The notes under the pieces: generated by a model | Database searches by the model: none | What the model saw: the letters and a program-made list of their open reading frames with translations, nothing else | What the model was told of the DNA's origin: nothing | Shown: positions 28,300-49,984 of the stretch, in pieces | Numbering within the stretch: position 1 is the first letter of the stretch | Layout: each line of letters starts with the position of its first letter | Made by a program: the position numbers and the translations under genes | Source of the DNA: the human T2T-CHM13v2.0 reference genome, Homo sapiens | Strand: one strand, 5' to 3' | DNA length: 64,000 bases | Assembly (NCBI RefSeq): GCF_009914755.1 | Contig: NC_060926.1

Positions 28300-30160
28300 C
28301 AAGTCAACATCCCTTCCTTTCTTGCTCTCACAACCTATATGCAATCACTCAGGAAACTCTCTGGTCTCCACTTTCAAAAATATATCCAGAATTCAGCTAT
28401 TCCACATCACTGTCCTATACCCCACCCTGCTCCATGCCTTTTTATGCATCACCTGGATTATTGCAATAAACTTCTAACTTGCCTCCATACTGTTCATTCT
28501 CAAGACAGAAGCCAGAGTGATCTTTTTCAAACACAGATCAGATCATGTCCCTCTTCTGTTCAAAATTCTCCAAAGCACAATAAAATACCATCTTACACCA
28601 GTCAGAATGGCCATTATTAAAAAGTAAAAAAAAACAAAAACTGATGTTGGCAAGGATGTGGAGAAAAAGAGATGCCTATACACTGATGATGGGAATATTA
28701 ATTAGTACAACCTCCATGGAAAAGAGTATGGAGATTTCTCAAAAAACTAAAAGTAGAACTACCATTCGATCCAGCAATCCCACTATTGGGCTACCCAAAG
28801 GAAAAACAAAATAATCACCTCAAAAAGACATTTGCACTCATGTTTATCACAGCATTCTTCACAATATCAAGGTTAAGGACTCAACATAAGTGTCCACCGT
28901 CGGAGGAATAGATTTTTTAAAAATGCGGTATATACATATAGAATACTACTCAGCCATAAAAAAAAATCATGTTTCTTACAGCAACACGGATAGACCTGGA
29001 GGCCATTATCCTAAATGAAATGACTTAGAAACAGGAAGTCAAAACTGCAGGTTCTCACATAAAGGTGGGAGCTAAATAATGGGTACACATGGACACACAG
29101 TGGAATAATCAACATTGGAGACTTAAAAAGGTGGGAGTGTGAAAGGAGGTAAGGGATGAGATGCTACCTATGGAGTACAATGTGCACTGTTTGGGTAATG
29201 GGTACATTAAAAGCCCAGACTTCATTGCACAATGTATTTAAATAACACAACTGCACTTACGCCCCTAAACCTATAAAAAGAAATAAATTTAAAAAGGAAA
29301 GGCAAAAAATGCTTCCAAATGTTTCCTCGGCTCTCTTAGGGAAAAAGCCAAAGTCCTCATATAGCCTATAAGGCCCACATTCCACCCTTCCTTCTCATCT
29401 TCTCTTACTCTCTGCTATGGTCTAAATATCTGTATCCCTCCCCTACCAAATTCATATGTTGAAATCCTAACCCCCAGGGTGATGGTATTAGGAGACAGGG
29501 CCTTTGGGAGGTGATCCAGTCATGAAGGTGGAACCCTTATGACTGGGATTAGTGCCCTTATAAAAGGGGCCTGGGAGAGAGCCCTTGACCCTTTCACCAC
29601 ATCAGGGCCAGCAAGAGGTGCAGTCTGTAATCCAGAAAGCAGGCCCTTACCAGACACTGAATCTGCTTAGATCTGGGACTTCCCACCCTTCAGAACTGTG
29701 AGAAATAAATTTCTGTTGTTCAAAAGCCACTCAGTTCATGACATTTTGTTATAGCAGCCCAATAGGCTAAGATTGTTCACATTGTTACAGCCACACTGCC
29801 TTTCTTGCTGTGCCCTGAACTTGCCAAGCATGCTTCCTCTGCCTCAGGACCTTTGCACTTGCTGTTCTAACTGGAAACCTTTCTCCAGATATCAGCACAT
29901 TTCCCTCCCTCATCTCCATCAAAACTTTGCTCAAATGTCACTGTATCAGTATGATCTTCACTTATTGCCACCCACCTTTCCCCACCCCATCCTGCACATC
30001 CCATCTCCTTCCCTGTTTTGCCCTCCATAGTACCCATGGCCTCCTCATAGAAGTTACAATTTGTCTTGTTAGTCTCTCCCTCTAGAATGTTGGCTTCAAA
30101 AAGGCAGGGATTTTCATATATTATGTATCTCCATTGCCTAGGCACATTGTCAGTGTTAAA
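28300..30160. mobile_element. L2 interrupted by an L1PB/MA 3' piece (~28575-29295, +) and a MaLR LTR (~29413-29775)
   Basis: L2-type text on both sides; L1 3'UTR (GGGTACAATG.., CTATAAAAAGAAATAAA); MLT1A/MST-type LTR text TGCTATGGTCTAAAT...TTTTGTTATAGCAGCCC. Confidence 0.78.
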
Positions 30161-31024
30161 TAAGTGGGGACAGAAGGAATTAGGCTCAGAAGCTGAACAA
30201 GAAGTAATATGCAGTATCAACTACATCTTTACTTCTACCCATTATTTCCAAAACACTTCAGAAACCTTTGCTATAATGCTGAGAATTAGTCCTACAGTTG
30301 GTCAGTTAAATTCTCAATGTCAAACAACCACTTTAATGTTGAAAGTAAGCCATGGACTTTTGTGACAGAACAAGCATTGGCATATTACCAAAGCTAATAT
30401 TCAAGTCCTGGCTATCAGCCCTATAAAGAGGTAAGAGGGGAAAGTAATGGTTAAGTCACTTTTCTTCCACTCTCATGGAACAGAGAAAGAATGAGAGCTT
30501 ACAATAACTAGAATACAAGGAAACTGGCTATTTCTCCCTATAGCAAAAGCTCAGTCCTTCCAGCTGGATTTGAGAATGGGTTGCCTGAGACGCAATGTTT
30601 AAATTCACCCACGTTGGGTCAAGTATTTCTAAAAGCAGGAAGCTCTATGTCAAGATGGCTTATCACCCTCAATCTTTCAAACAAGCTCAAACTATGACCA
30701 TAGTAAATTAGTAGGACAGGTGTTGGGACAAACTCATCATGTGGTTAAATAACCGTATCAAGGTAGGCAAAATAATGAAAAGACAGAGTTCATACATTAT
30801 TTCCCTTAGGATATAGGCAGGAGTGTCATTAAACTCGGAAATTTGTAGCTGTTTCTTTTTCCACCAAGACAGATTTTTAAAAATCAATTTATCACACTAA
30901 TATACCATGAGGTAGGCCATGCATGTGGCAGTTTAGTGCTATGGTTCTTTAAATTCTAATGATTATGATCTGATTATGCAGATTATCCTGAGAATCATTA
31001 TCTAATCTACAGGTAATCTAGATT

Positions 31025-31340
31025 TACACTGCCCAAATGGTAGCCACTAGCCTCAGGTGGCTATTGTGCACTTGAAATGTGGCTAGTCTGAATTGAGATG
31101 TGCTGTGAACATGCACATTGGATTTTATTTTAAAATAATGTTTAAATTTTATTTAAAAATAAGAACATCATAATTCTTTATATTGGTTCTAATGTGAAAT
31201 GGTATTTTGGGTATGTAGGGTTAAATCAAATATATTGCCACAATTAGTTCTACTTGTTTCTTTGTGCTTTTGTGAATATAGCTACAAGAAAATTTAAAAT
31301 TGCATGTGTGGCTTGCATTATATTTCTATACAGCACTGAT
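31025..31340. mobile_element. MER33/MER3-like hAT MITE
   Basis: GTAGCCACTAGCC..GTGGCTATTG.GCACTTGAAATGTGGCTAGT...AAATTTAAAATTGCATGTGTGGCT. Confidence 0.78.
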
Positions 31341-31489
31341 TTAAACCCTCAATTTTTGTCTGTTAGTGCCTGACTCATGTCCATTTTACTTTTTTTTTTT
31401 TTTTGGTTCTTTCAATAAACCACCCAGCTAAAGAAAAGTATAAAACCCAAATCATTCAGATTTGCTTATCTTTAAGCATCTTTGATAAT

Positions 31490-31634
31490 TTTTTTTTACT
31501 TAAAAACATATTTTGTAGAGACAGGGTCTTACTGTGTAGCCCAGGTTGTTCTGAAATTCTTGGGCTCAAGTGATTCTTCCATCTTGGTCTCCCAAAATGC
31601 TGGGATTACAGGCATAAACTACCACTCCCAGCCA
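31490..31634 (-). mobile_element. FLAM/Alu left monomer
   Basis: Single antisense monomer. Confidence 0.8.
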
Positions 31635-31649
31635 GGTTTTTCACTTAAA

Positions 31650-31912
31650 AAAATTGTGGTAACATATACATAACCTAAAATGTACCATTTTAACCCTAAG
31701 TGTACAGTTTAGTAACATTAAGTGCATTCACATTCTTGTACAACCAGTGACATCATTCATCTCCAGAACTTCTTCATCTGCCGAACTCCATACTGATTAC
31801 ATAACTCCCTATTTCCCCCATCCCCCCACCAGGCACTGGCAACCGCCATTCTACTTTCTGTCTCTATGAATTTGACTATTCTAGGTACCTCAGATAAATG
31901 GAATCATACATT
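31650..31912 (-). mobile_element. L1MB 3' end
   Basis: Same family text as 1945-2320. Confidence 0.8.
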
Positions 31913-31917
31913 TGTAG

Positions 31918-32245
<328 letters not shown>

Positions 32246-32609
32246 TTTAATACATTTTCTACACTTCCTTTCGCCTGTTACTCCGCCAGCCATCTGCTTC
32301 TACTTAGCATCATCTCTGACTCAGCCCAACTGTTCCTAAGGACTGGGTCCTACACTCAGTAGAGTCTGAAGATCATTGTACTGGGTATCAGTTGCCAATC
32401 TTTTGCTGTGGCTCCTGACCCCTTTTGTAACAGGCTCCTGGCATGAGATTGTGAAGTGCCAAGGCATGAGTATTTTCGTAAAGGGTTTTCTGCTGTGTTA
32501 AAATGATTGGAGTATGAAAAACAAACTATTGAACCTCAATGAACACAGGTCCCTAAGGGAGCCCTGTGTTCGGAGGAAGTCCAGCAAGAATAAGTCTGCA
32601 GTAATACTC

Positions 32610-33025
32610 TGTATCAGTAACCAATAGGCTTATCTAGGAGAGGCAGAAATGACAAAATAACAATGGCCTAAGTAAGATAGAAGTGATTTCTCCCTCGCTT
32701 AAGGGAAATGGAGTGGTAAGTGCGTCCAGAGCTGAAAGGCGGCTCTATCCTAAAGTCCTCAGGAACTCACGCTCCTTCCATCTCACTGCTCTCCCATCTC
32801 CAGACTGTGACAACAGGATCTGCATTTTGGGCAGCAAGATAGAGGGAAAGACAAAGAACAAGAAAAGGGTGAATGATTTTTCATTCCTTTGGCCAGAACC
32901 TTGTCACATGAGTACACGCGGCTACAAGGGAAGCTTCCATTCTCAGAAGCCATGTACGCAGCCAAAAACTAGGAGTTTTAGCACCCAGGAAACAGGCATT
33001 TGAGGACAACTAGCAATCTCTATCA
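32610..33025. mobile_element. Old MLT1 LTR (degenerate)
   Basis: AACAATGGCCTAAGTAAGATAGAAG...GGACAACTAGCAATCTC. Confidence 0.55.
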
Positions 33026-33943
33026 CTCACCACAACTGAGCTGTCCCAGCTTTTACCCTCTGATTACATCCCTTGGACTTATCACTGAGGTCTCATGACA
33101 TTCATAGCCCGATAATTTAAACTCTTACCCACATTGACTTATCTACTTATGATGCATTTATCCACTTCATCTCCCAAAGAATTAAAAGTGCCCTAAATAT
33201 GTGCATTCATCAAGATGATAAGGAAAAGGAACTTCCTAGCAACAAAAGCATAATGGAAATAAAAGAGAAATGCAAGTACAGTTATTCCTCTCATGAGACC
33301 TATGAGAAATCGCTGAGAATCTTGACCCTGGCAACTCGCCTGGACGCCTGCTGACCCCTCCTCTCCAACCACACCTTCTGCCTCTGTGTGTTGAGTGCTC
33401 AGAATGCAGACGAGCTTATGTCACATCTCTACTGTGTACATACACTCTGCTGAGCCATTCCACTTAAGGAGTCTGTACACTCAGCGCAGGCCACAAACTG
33501 GGCATGACTCCTGGCCTCATATTCACAGCCCGGAGTATGCTGTTATTTTCATCAGCCTTTAAACACCCCTACTGTACCAAAAACAGCACTGCCCATCCCA
33601 TGGCAGAAAAGATAAAATACGGAGGCACACATTTGCTGTTTGCCCAAATGGGAAAGAAACAAACAAACATTTTCTACATTTTTCTTCCTATTTCCAAGTT
33701 TTCTTCTTTATGTTTTTCTTTAAGTGCTAAATGCAAAAAGAGAGCATAAACAGTAAGTTGTTACCTTTACCATTCATGCTGAGCAGCTCTAATTGTACCT
33801 GGGTTGGCAGGTAGGTTGAAAAACATGTTTCTAAAGCAAACTTAAGTAACTGCAAATGTCCTCCTAAAATGCCAGGGAACTCAAAGCCTGGGTATGCATG
33901 CAAATAGACCTTTGAAACTGGTCTGATGGAGTGGCTGTTTTGA

Positions 33944-34381
<438 letters not shown>

Positions 34382-34478
34382 TAGCCTGTATTTTCAAAGT
34401 TCCTCATCTTAAAGGAGCCTTGAACATGTAGGATTAAGAGCTTTCTCCCTTTACCCATTTGCAAAAAGCAAACCAGTC

Positions 34479-36390
34479 CTGGGCTGGCTATATGGTCTTA
34501 TGACCTGTGCCGGCTCACAAAGCTCCACCCTCAAAAATGTGCCATGCTTGGTTCTGCTATTGCCATGTTGAAGTTCTTAAAAATTTTACCTTCAAATTCA
34601 TAAGTTTTGTAAGTGAATGGAGGGGCAATGGAGCATGTGCATGAATGGAGGTGTTACGTAGCTCTGAAAATATTCCAAACACTTTCTGCGTTAAGTGACA
34701 GATGTTTTGCTGTGATAAGAACATGGAGCATAGTCCCCTTCCCTGTCAGAATGTTACATCACACTTTTCCAGACCACATATGTGAGTTATTGGCCTCAAC
34801 GACTAGACTCCAAAACACATATAAACCCAAGATTTTGGCAGACAGATTGAGAGCTCAGGCTGCAACAGGGCTAATCTCTGTCAGCCTTTGAGCTAGCTTT
34901 CAAAGCCTCGCCAGCCCACACAGCACTGGCACCACTTGCTAGTGTCCAGGGATCTTACAAGTTGTCTCGGATCTCCCTCACATCCACAGAGGCCTACTTC
35001 CATTCTAAGCAACTAAACTGTAATCACTGGACTTGAAATGAAATTATAACTAATTATGTGGATAATGTACCTCATCTGCGGAGTATAATCTCTGCGAGAT
35101 TTGTTCTTGTTATTTCCCCCCTCTTTGAGCATTAAAAAAAAGAATCTCTTTGTATGGCAATAAACCATGTGATTCCTGAAATCATACTTTGATCATCTTC
35201 TTATTGTAGCCATACCAAATAGGAGGAGAAATGTACAAAATGTGTGTGCTTCGTCCCCTTGCAGTTCTGGTCACATAGGGTTCACAGCACCTGTGAGCAC
35301 AGAATTCTTGTGGACCTATGTTGTATGGGGGTTCAATGAGACTCAAAGCAAGTGCATGGTAAGTGCATTACATTGCTGATGACTGAGCAAGTGGGGGCAC
35401 TGACAGTTCCCAGAACCAGAACCTGCTTCCAAAGCAAAAACAAGGCAATGGCATTCTAAGAAACAGGAAAACTAAGGAAACCTCCCATGTCCTTTCTTAT
35501 TTGTGCTATTTTCCTATATTAGCCAATCACATAGGCTGAAATGATGGCACAAAAGGAAAGGTAAAGATAGGACCACACATAGTTCCTTTCCTTTTCAGTT
35601 CCTTGCCAGTAAGCTGAAGGTAGGGAGGGCTGGTAGAATGCCGGGGTATCAAGAAGTGAAATAAAAAGAGTTGAGTTAAGTTTCCTGCAATGTTTTCACT
35701 GTTATGGTAAGAACAATATATATATTCATGTGTGAACTGTGAAAAATGATTTATGTAATTTTGGTGATACCACATATGAGTTAAATACTCTCCAATCTGC
35801 ATTTAAAACTGGCATTGGGCTGGGCACGGTGGCTCATACCTGTAACCCCAGCACTTTGGGAGGGCGAGGCGGGTGGATCACTTGCAGTCAGGAGTTGGAG
35901 ACCAGCCTGGTCAACATGGCAAAACCCATCTTTACTAAAAATACAAAATTAGCTGGGCGTGATGGTATATGCCGGTAGTCCCAGCTATTCAGAAGTTTGA
36001 AGTGGGAGGATCACTTGAGCCTGGGAGGCAGAGGTTGCAGTGAGTCAACATGGCACCACTGCACTCCAGCCTGGGCGACAGAGCAAGAAGAGAGAGAGAA
36101 AAAAAGAAAAATTGGCATTGCATGAGGTAAACATGAATATTAAAGTTCAGACTAATCATTAAAATTGTTATTTTTCTTTATCTCTAATGATATCAAACAG
36201 CAACAAACAAACACAAAACAACAAAACTCCCAAAACCCAAAAACCATGTCAAGTTGAGAGAGACCATGGAAGAGAGTAAAACTCTTTTTCCTTTATGTGC
36301 CTGTAAGGATACTTTTCTCCCTACTTTTTGAACAAGGAGCCCCACATTTTCATTTTACACTAGGTCTCACAAATTATGTAGCCAGCCCCA
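34479..36390. mobile_element. hAT-Tip100 DNA transposon (MER69/Arthur1-like) with both TIRs
   Basis: TIRs GGGCTGGCTA(T/C)AT at both ends; degenerate 8-bp TSD AACCAGTC/AATAAGTC; subterminal text resembles MER69 (TTGAACAAGGAGCCCCACATTTTCATTTT...AAATTATGTAGCC). Confidence 0.75.
35818..36110 (+). mobile_element. Alu nested in the hAT element
   Basis: TSD AAAA(C/T)TGGCATTG. Confidence 0.93.
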
Positions 36391-36752
36391 AATAAGTCCC
36401 AGTTCTACCTCTGAATTTACTGTCTTTTGTTCTATCTAAATTTTTGTCATATTTGCTAGTGAGGCCCAAACACAGCCCACTTGCAAGCTAGGCTTGCCCC
36501 ATCTGAAGGCTCTTTCCAGTTATTTGAAAGCTGAGTTAATAAGGGAACCAGGATGTGCATTAGTACATTTCTCATCTTGTAAGTAAGCAAGTACATTCAG
36601 CACATTCTAACACTTGCTGTAAACCTATCAACACTCTCCACCAGGTGTCTCTAGCAGATTTGTGCAGGTGCAGATGCAACATTAAAGGCAAATTGTGACA
36701 AACATCTTGTCTTGGCTAACTTCTTCAATGGGTCACTTTTTAACTGCATCAT

Positions 36753-37677
<925 letters not shown>

Positions 37678-38030
37678 TAAATAAACCATCTTCCTTAACC
37701 AATTCGTTCCCTTTATTGTGTTTTAAATTGTCATTAAATAATCCTTAAAAAACTGGAAAAATATGGAGAAGTAAAAAGGAGGAGAAAAATCCAACATTCA
37801 AGCATAGCTACTGAGAACATTTTAGCCAATGTTCCTAGAATTGTTTTTCTTCTATGAGTAAAAGAATAAAGATTCAAACCACAGAATGGCAGAAGATATT
37901 TGTAATACATATCTGATGAAGGACTTGTGTCTAGAAGAATAATTAAATCAATTCAAAAGTTTACAAGAAATAAAGAGCCAATGAACATGCTTGATAATGT
38001 ACATACTTGAACAATTCTCTGTTTCATTAA

Positions 38031-38348
<318 letters not shown>

Positions 38349-38454
38349 TAAATGTTTAGAGGTAAAACTGCTAGATCAAATATGTACATTTTAAATGTGG
38401 GTACCTATTGACAAAGGGCCCTCTAGAAAAGGTACACCAATTAACCCTTCATCA

Positions 38455-38568
38455 GTCGGGTGTGGTGACTCATGCTTGTAATCTCAGCACTTTGGGAGGC
38501 TGAGGCAAGAGGATCACTTGAACCCAGGAGTTACCAGCCTGGACAACATAGCAGCAAAACAAAACAAC
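38455..38568 (+). mobile_element. FLAM monomer
   Basis: Single left-arm monomer. Confidence 0.78.
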
Positions 38569-39054
38569 CTCTCATCAACAGAGGATGAGAATGCTCGTTA
38601 CTTATATCCTTGCCAACACTAGATGATATCAGTCTTTCAAAATCTAATACGTAAAAAAGGTAAATCAGGTTGTTTTAATACTCTATTGCTTTCTTTAGAA
38701 CTAATCATATGCTGATGAGATTAGTTGGCCAATTGTATGTAATTAGTGAAGGCCACTGTGTTACTTGACTTGTATGATTTTATGATGCAAAGTAGAAAAA
38801 AGTTTAAATAGTTGTATTTTACAGTCAGTGAGAAACATTATAGAGAAGTGTGAACTCAATAGAAGTTTGAACTTCAAGAAGCTTTCGAAGGATTTGAGCT
38901 GTCCAGCCACACAATGAGCCACATTCTAACTGCTGTTAATCCTACAGATATTAGACACATTTAAGTAAAATCTAGATGACCTTTTTTTCTGGGATTCCAG
39001 CCGTGACATCTAGTTTTCATGATGAATCAGATACCCTATATTAAATTTTTTAAG

Positions 39055-39677
<623 letters not shown>

Positions 39678-40171
39678 TAATATGTATACTTAAAAATATA
39701 TACATTCTTTATGCATTTTCACCTAAAGATACCATCTATTTCTGCAGCTTCAACTATGACTATATATTTGATCCCCAAATTTATAAAAGGAAGAAAGGAA
39801 GGAAGGCATAAATTGGAATAGGAAAAAGCCCTAATCTCTCTTTTCAACTCCAAACCCACATTTCCAACTGCCCACTGGCCATTTCCACCTCCATGTCTTG
39901 CCAGTCCATGGAACACAACAGGTCCCAAAGTAATCATCTTCCCTCTCCCCCTCACCCTGGCTCCCAGTTAGACTCCAGTATTATGGTTTTCTGATCATAG
40001 ATCTCCCCTTTATATTCTTCCCTGAGGAAAAATTCTGAAGTTCTGTTCTCATGTAGGGGCTTTCTCCCTGCTCTCTCCCCATTTCCTGACTTTCAACATT
40101 TTTTCTTCATTTCAACTTCCACATCACCACTTTGGCAAGACCTCTTCTTGCCTCTGACCCATGCTAGTACA

Positions 40172-40868
<697 letters not shown>

Positions 40869-41999
40869 ACACACCCACTGCCAGCAGGGCTTTGAGCATC
40901 GGCAGTCGTTTAAGGAAGCCTACATTAGGGGTTCTGCTGCCGTGGATGATATATGGCTGTAGGTGGGGCACAACTCTCTGTGTTACAGTCTCTTCATTAG
41001 TAAGATAGTCACAAGAGGCCCTTCCAATGCCAACATTGTAGAACTGATTCTTAGGCCCTTGTTTCCCTAATAACTCTGGTGACTTTCTGCTAGCTCCTAG
41101 GCTTTAGCTTGGCATTCAAGGCCTTCTTCCTGCTCGACCCCATCCCCCACAAAAAAGGATTTGAAAGAATAACAGGTAGGCAGTGAAACTGCAGGCAGAG
41201 CACCAAGCTCCTGCTCTACATTCCCCTTTTCTCTGAGATCTGAAGCCCTTCGATGTTGGCTGCTCAAAGTCCCTAAACTCCAATTTCTGTCTCACCAGGC
41301 CAGTGAGGCAGCTGCAAGCAGGAGTTCTCTTTCTCTGTCTCTAAGTCCCTCAATATGAATTTGCAAATGTCTTGGGCTAGGTAAAGATTTTTTAAGCAAA
41401 ATACTGAGCACTAATCATAATGAAGAAACAGGAAATAACCTTGATGATCATCGATAGAAGAATGGTTGAAATAAAATGTCTAAATATAATGCTATATTAT
41501 ACAGCCAATAAGAAAGAGGAGTTAGATCTAGATGCATTGGGATGAAAAGATATACATGGTATACTGTGTTGCTAAGTGAAAAAAGCAATTTATAGAAGAG
41601 TGATCCAGTTTGTAAATTTAAAAAATATTTTTAAAAATCTAAGTATATACAACAAACTACTCACAGTAATTATGCCAAAGGGAGGGCCTACAAAAGTATC
41701 TTCATTTTCTCTATTATGGTTGTTGTTTGTTTGCAATAAGCAAGAATTACTTTTATAACTAGGGAAAACAGTGATATAAAAGTTGATACAACATTTCATT
41801 TAGAAAAAAGTAACATTTGGGCTACAAGTTATATATATTCTCTGGAATATAAACTTGATGAGAGTAGAGACCTTGTCTGTTTTATATATGGCTGTGTTCC
41901 CAGCACTTAGAACAGTGTAAATCACAAAGTAGATACTTGGTAAATATTAGTTGAATTAATAATTGAGTGAATGAATATGACCAGAATTATTTGACGTGA

Positions 42000-42456
<457 letters not shown>

Positions 42457-42673
42457 CTGGAATATGCTTTAAACATATTTATTTATCTATTTATTTCTCT
42501 GCTGAAACTGCAATTTCCTTAATATCATGGCGTATTCTTTCTGTGCTCTGTATCACCCCATTTCAATAAGGACTGTACCAGAACTTTGGGTGCCTAATAA
42601 TTAACTGAATAATTGCTCAATTATTGATATTTCATTACTTATTTATTATCAATGATAAAAAATGATGCCTTGG

Positions 42674-42987
42674 GGCCAGGTACAGTGGCTCATGCCTGTA
42701 ATCCCAGCATTTTGGGAAGCCAGGCGGGAAGAATGCTTGATTGAGCCCAGGAGTTCAAGACCAGTCTGGGCAACATAGGGAGTCCCCGTCTCTACAAAAA
42801 ATAAAAATAAAAAAATTAGCCAGGCATGGTGGCATGCAGCTGCGGTTGCAGCACTCAGGAGGCTGAGGTAAAGAAATCACTTGAGCCTGAGAGGTCGAGG
42901 CTGTAGTTAGCAGTGGCCGTGATCATGCCATCGCACTCTAGGCTGGGTGACAGAGCAAGACCCTGTCTCAAAAAAATAAAAATAAAT
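42674..42987 (+). mobile_element. AluJ-like
   Basis: Full dimer. Confidence 0.9.
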
Positions 42988-43899
42988 TTTGAAAAAAATG
43001 TGTTGGTATTTAAGGATGGAAACTTTATTTCTATTTGATTTTGGCAACATTAAACTTAGTAGAGTGTCAACTTTCAATCAAGCTGAGTGAGGATGGAATA
43101 TGGTTCCTTTTACATTCTCTATGTGCCATATCATAATATTTTTAATATAGGATACACAGAAAAATGTTGCTATTAACAGTCAAATTTTCAACAATAGCAA
43201 CAACACAAAACTTATGTTTACCACTCAGGGCTTTTTGCTTTGAAGGGAAACTTTATTTACTGCAAAATATTTTAAAACCAAGAAGATGAAAACACTTGAT
43301 TTATACAGATTATGGAGAATAGTAAAATTTTTAGCTGAAGAGACCTTTCAGATACCAATTCCCAGCTTATTTATTTTATATTACAGCCTCTCAGACCTAG
43401 AAAAGTTGAGTAATCTGTGCACAGTGAGGGGACTCAGTGCCCTCAGACTAATGGTCTCACCATGAACAGTTGTTATATTTTTAATAATAAATGTTATTTG
43501 ATTTTAAGTAATCAAAGCATTTTTAATTGTTTCAGGCTTTTATGTTGATATATATTTTAAAATATCATGCAGTAAAAACATCCAAATTCTATTTGCTATT
43601 TGTACAAGTCAGTGAGTATACAAATATCTGTTTCCTTATTGTTAAATCTGCAATTATTAAGATATTGTTTTACCTACACAGCTCCTCCTGAATTATATAA
43701 GTCTACTATCATATAGCAAAATATCTAGTTTGAAGAAGGATCATTTAAGTTTAAAGTAACTCAGTAAATTCCCAGACAACCAAATGGTAAGATGAATCAA
43801 GCCATAGCTTATGGCATATAGAACATTGTTCTATGTGATTTCCTGAATGGAAAAGAAACCAGTGTATTATGCTGAATCGATAGGAAATGGTGACACTCT

Positions 43900-44030
43900 G
43901 GATATCACAGCAATAGGTTCTCCAGAAAGAAATAATAATAAATACATTTTAGTTTATTGCCAATATAACACTTTGAGAGGGATACAGAAAAACTAGAAAA
44001 TATCTAGAGAAAGTGACCAGATAGTGAAGA
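43900..44030 (+). mobile_element. L3/CR1 LINE fragment
   Basis: CACTTTGAGAGGGATACAGAAAAACTAGAAAATATCTAGAG resembles the CR1 ORF2 end (HFKRDIDKLE-like). Confidence 0.5.
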
Positions 44031-44390
44031 TTTTCTTGTTATTCCAAATGGTGTCATTTCTCCCCATCCCACACCTACAGTGTTTGTTTTAAAATAATAT
44101 TTAGGAAATACTGAATTCTATATATTAATCTTGTGCCTTGCTATGTTATAGAAATCTATTAATTTTAATAATTTTTCAGTTTGGTTCTCCTGAATGTTCT
44201 AGATATATAATCAAATAGCACAAATAATTTTGTTTCTTCCTTTCCAACATGTATAATCCATATTTTATTTTCTTTGCATTGGCTAGAAGTTCTGGAAGAA
44301 TGTGGAAGATGAGTTTAAGTAGGTACAGTTTTCTGGCTCCTTAACATGCACCGATTATCCTTAGTAATGAGAGCTTGTCATGAAAAATAA

Positions 44391-48510
<4,120 letters not shown>

Positions 48511-49334
48511 ACTGATGTGACAAAGATCTTTTATATATAACACCAAAGCCATAACCCATAAAATAAAATTGTTAAGTTTGACTTTATAATAATTAAACAA
48601 CTTTGCTCTGCCAAAGAGAATGAAAAGATGTGCAATGAACTTGGGGTAACATCTGCAAATCACATACCTGCTAGAGGACTTGTATCCAGAATATGTAAAC
48701 AGCCTTCAAAACTCAACAATAAGAATATAAACAACCCCATAAAAAATGGGCAAATGATCTGAACAGACACCTTACTAAAGAAGAGACACATGTCAAATGG
48801 TGCGTGTAAAGATGCTCAACATCTTTAGTCATTACAGAAAGGCAAATTAAAAGCACAGTGACATACCACTGTACACCTATTAGAAAGACTAAACTCAAAA
48901 CACTGCAAACAACAAGTATTGGTAAAGATGCAGAGGAACTGATACTGCCATGTATTGCTTGTGGGAATGAAAAATATTACAGCTACCTTGAAAACTGGCT
49001 GTTTGTTACAAACTTAAAACATATACTTATCATGTGCCCCAGCAGTCCCACTCTTAGATATTTGCTCGAGTGAATTGGAAACACTTGTTCACACAAAACC
49101 TGTATGCAGATGTTTACAGAAAGATTTTAACAACAACCAATAACTGGAAACAACCCATATATCCTTCAACCAGTGAATGGATAAAAAATATTGTTCTGTA
49201 TATACAATGGAATACTGCTCAAGCAATAAAAAGGAATAAACTACTGTTTCATACAATATTAATAAACCTTAAACAGATATTGCTAAGTGAAAGAAGCCAG
49301 ACCTGAGAGACTATATTTTATATGATTCCATTTA

Positions 49335-49984
49335 TAGTGGACTCTTGAACAACACAGGTTTGAACTGTGTGGGTCCACTTACATGCAGATTTTCCTCCCC
49401 CTCTGCCACTCCTGAGAAAACATACCAACCCCTCCTCTTCCTCCTCTTCCTTAGCCTACACAACATGAAGATGATGAGGATAAAGACCATTATGATGATC
49501 CACTTCCACTTAATGAATAATAAATATATTTTCAGTTCCTTATGATTTTAACATTTTTCTTAGCTTACCGTATTATAAGAATACAATATATAATACATAT
49601 ACAAAATTTGTGTTAATCAATTGTTAGTGTTATCAGTAAGGCTTCCCATCAGCAGTAGCTATTAGCAGTTAAGTTTTCCAGAGGTCAAAAGTTGCATGTG
49701 GATTTGTAACTGTGTGGGGGTTGGTGTCCTTATCCCGGAGTTGCTCAAAGTTCAACTGTATTTCACTTTTAAACTGTTTATGTTTTTTTTTCCTGATCAT
49801 ATGAGAACTCTTGAAGGGATAAGACATGTCTATAGTTTCTATGGCATCTAGCATAGCACCTTGCATATAATAAGTAATCAAATAGTTACATTTTGGGGGA
49901 GCAAAAAGTTATACATAGATTTTTCAGCTGCAAGGGAGAAGGGAGCTGGCACCCCTCATTGCCACGTTGTTCAAGGATCAACTG
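49335..49984 (+). mobile_element. Tigger2a-like TcMar element with two right-hand ends
   Basis: Left TIR TAGTGGACTCTTGAACAAC; right TIRs ending 49758 and 49984, each followed by TA. Confidence 0.82.
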
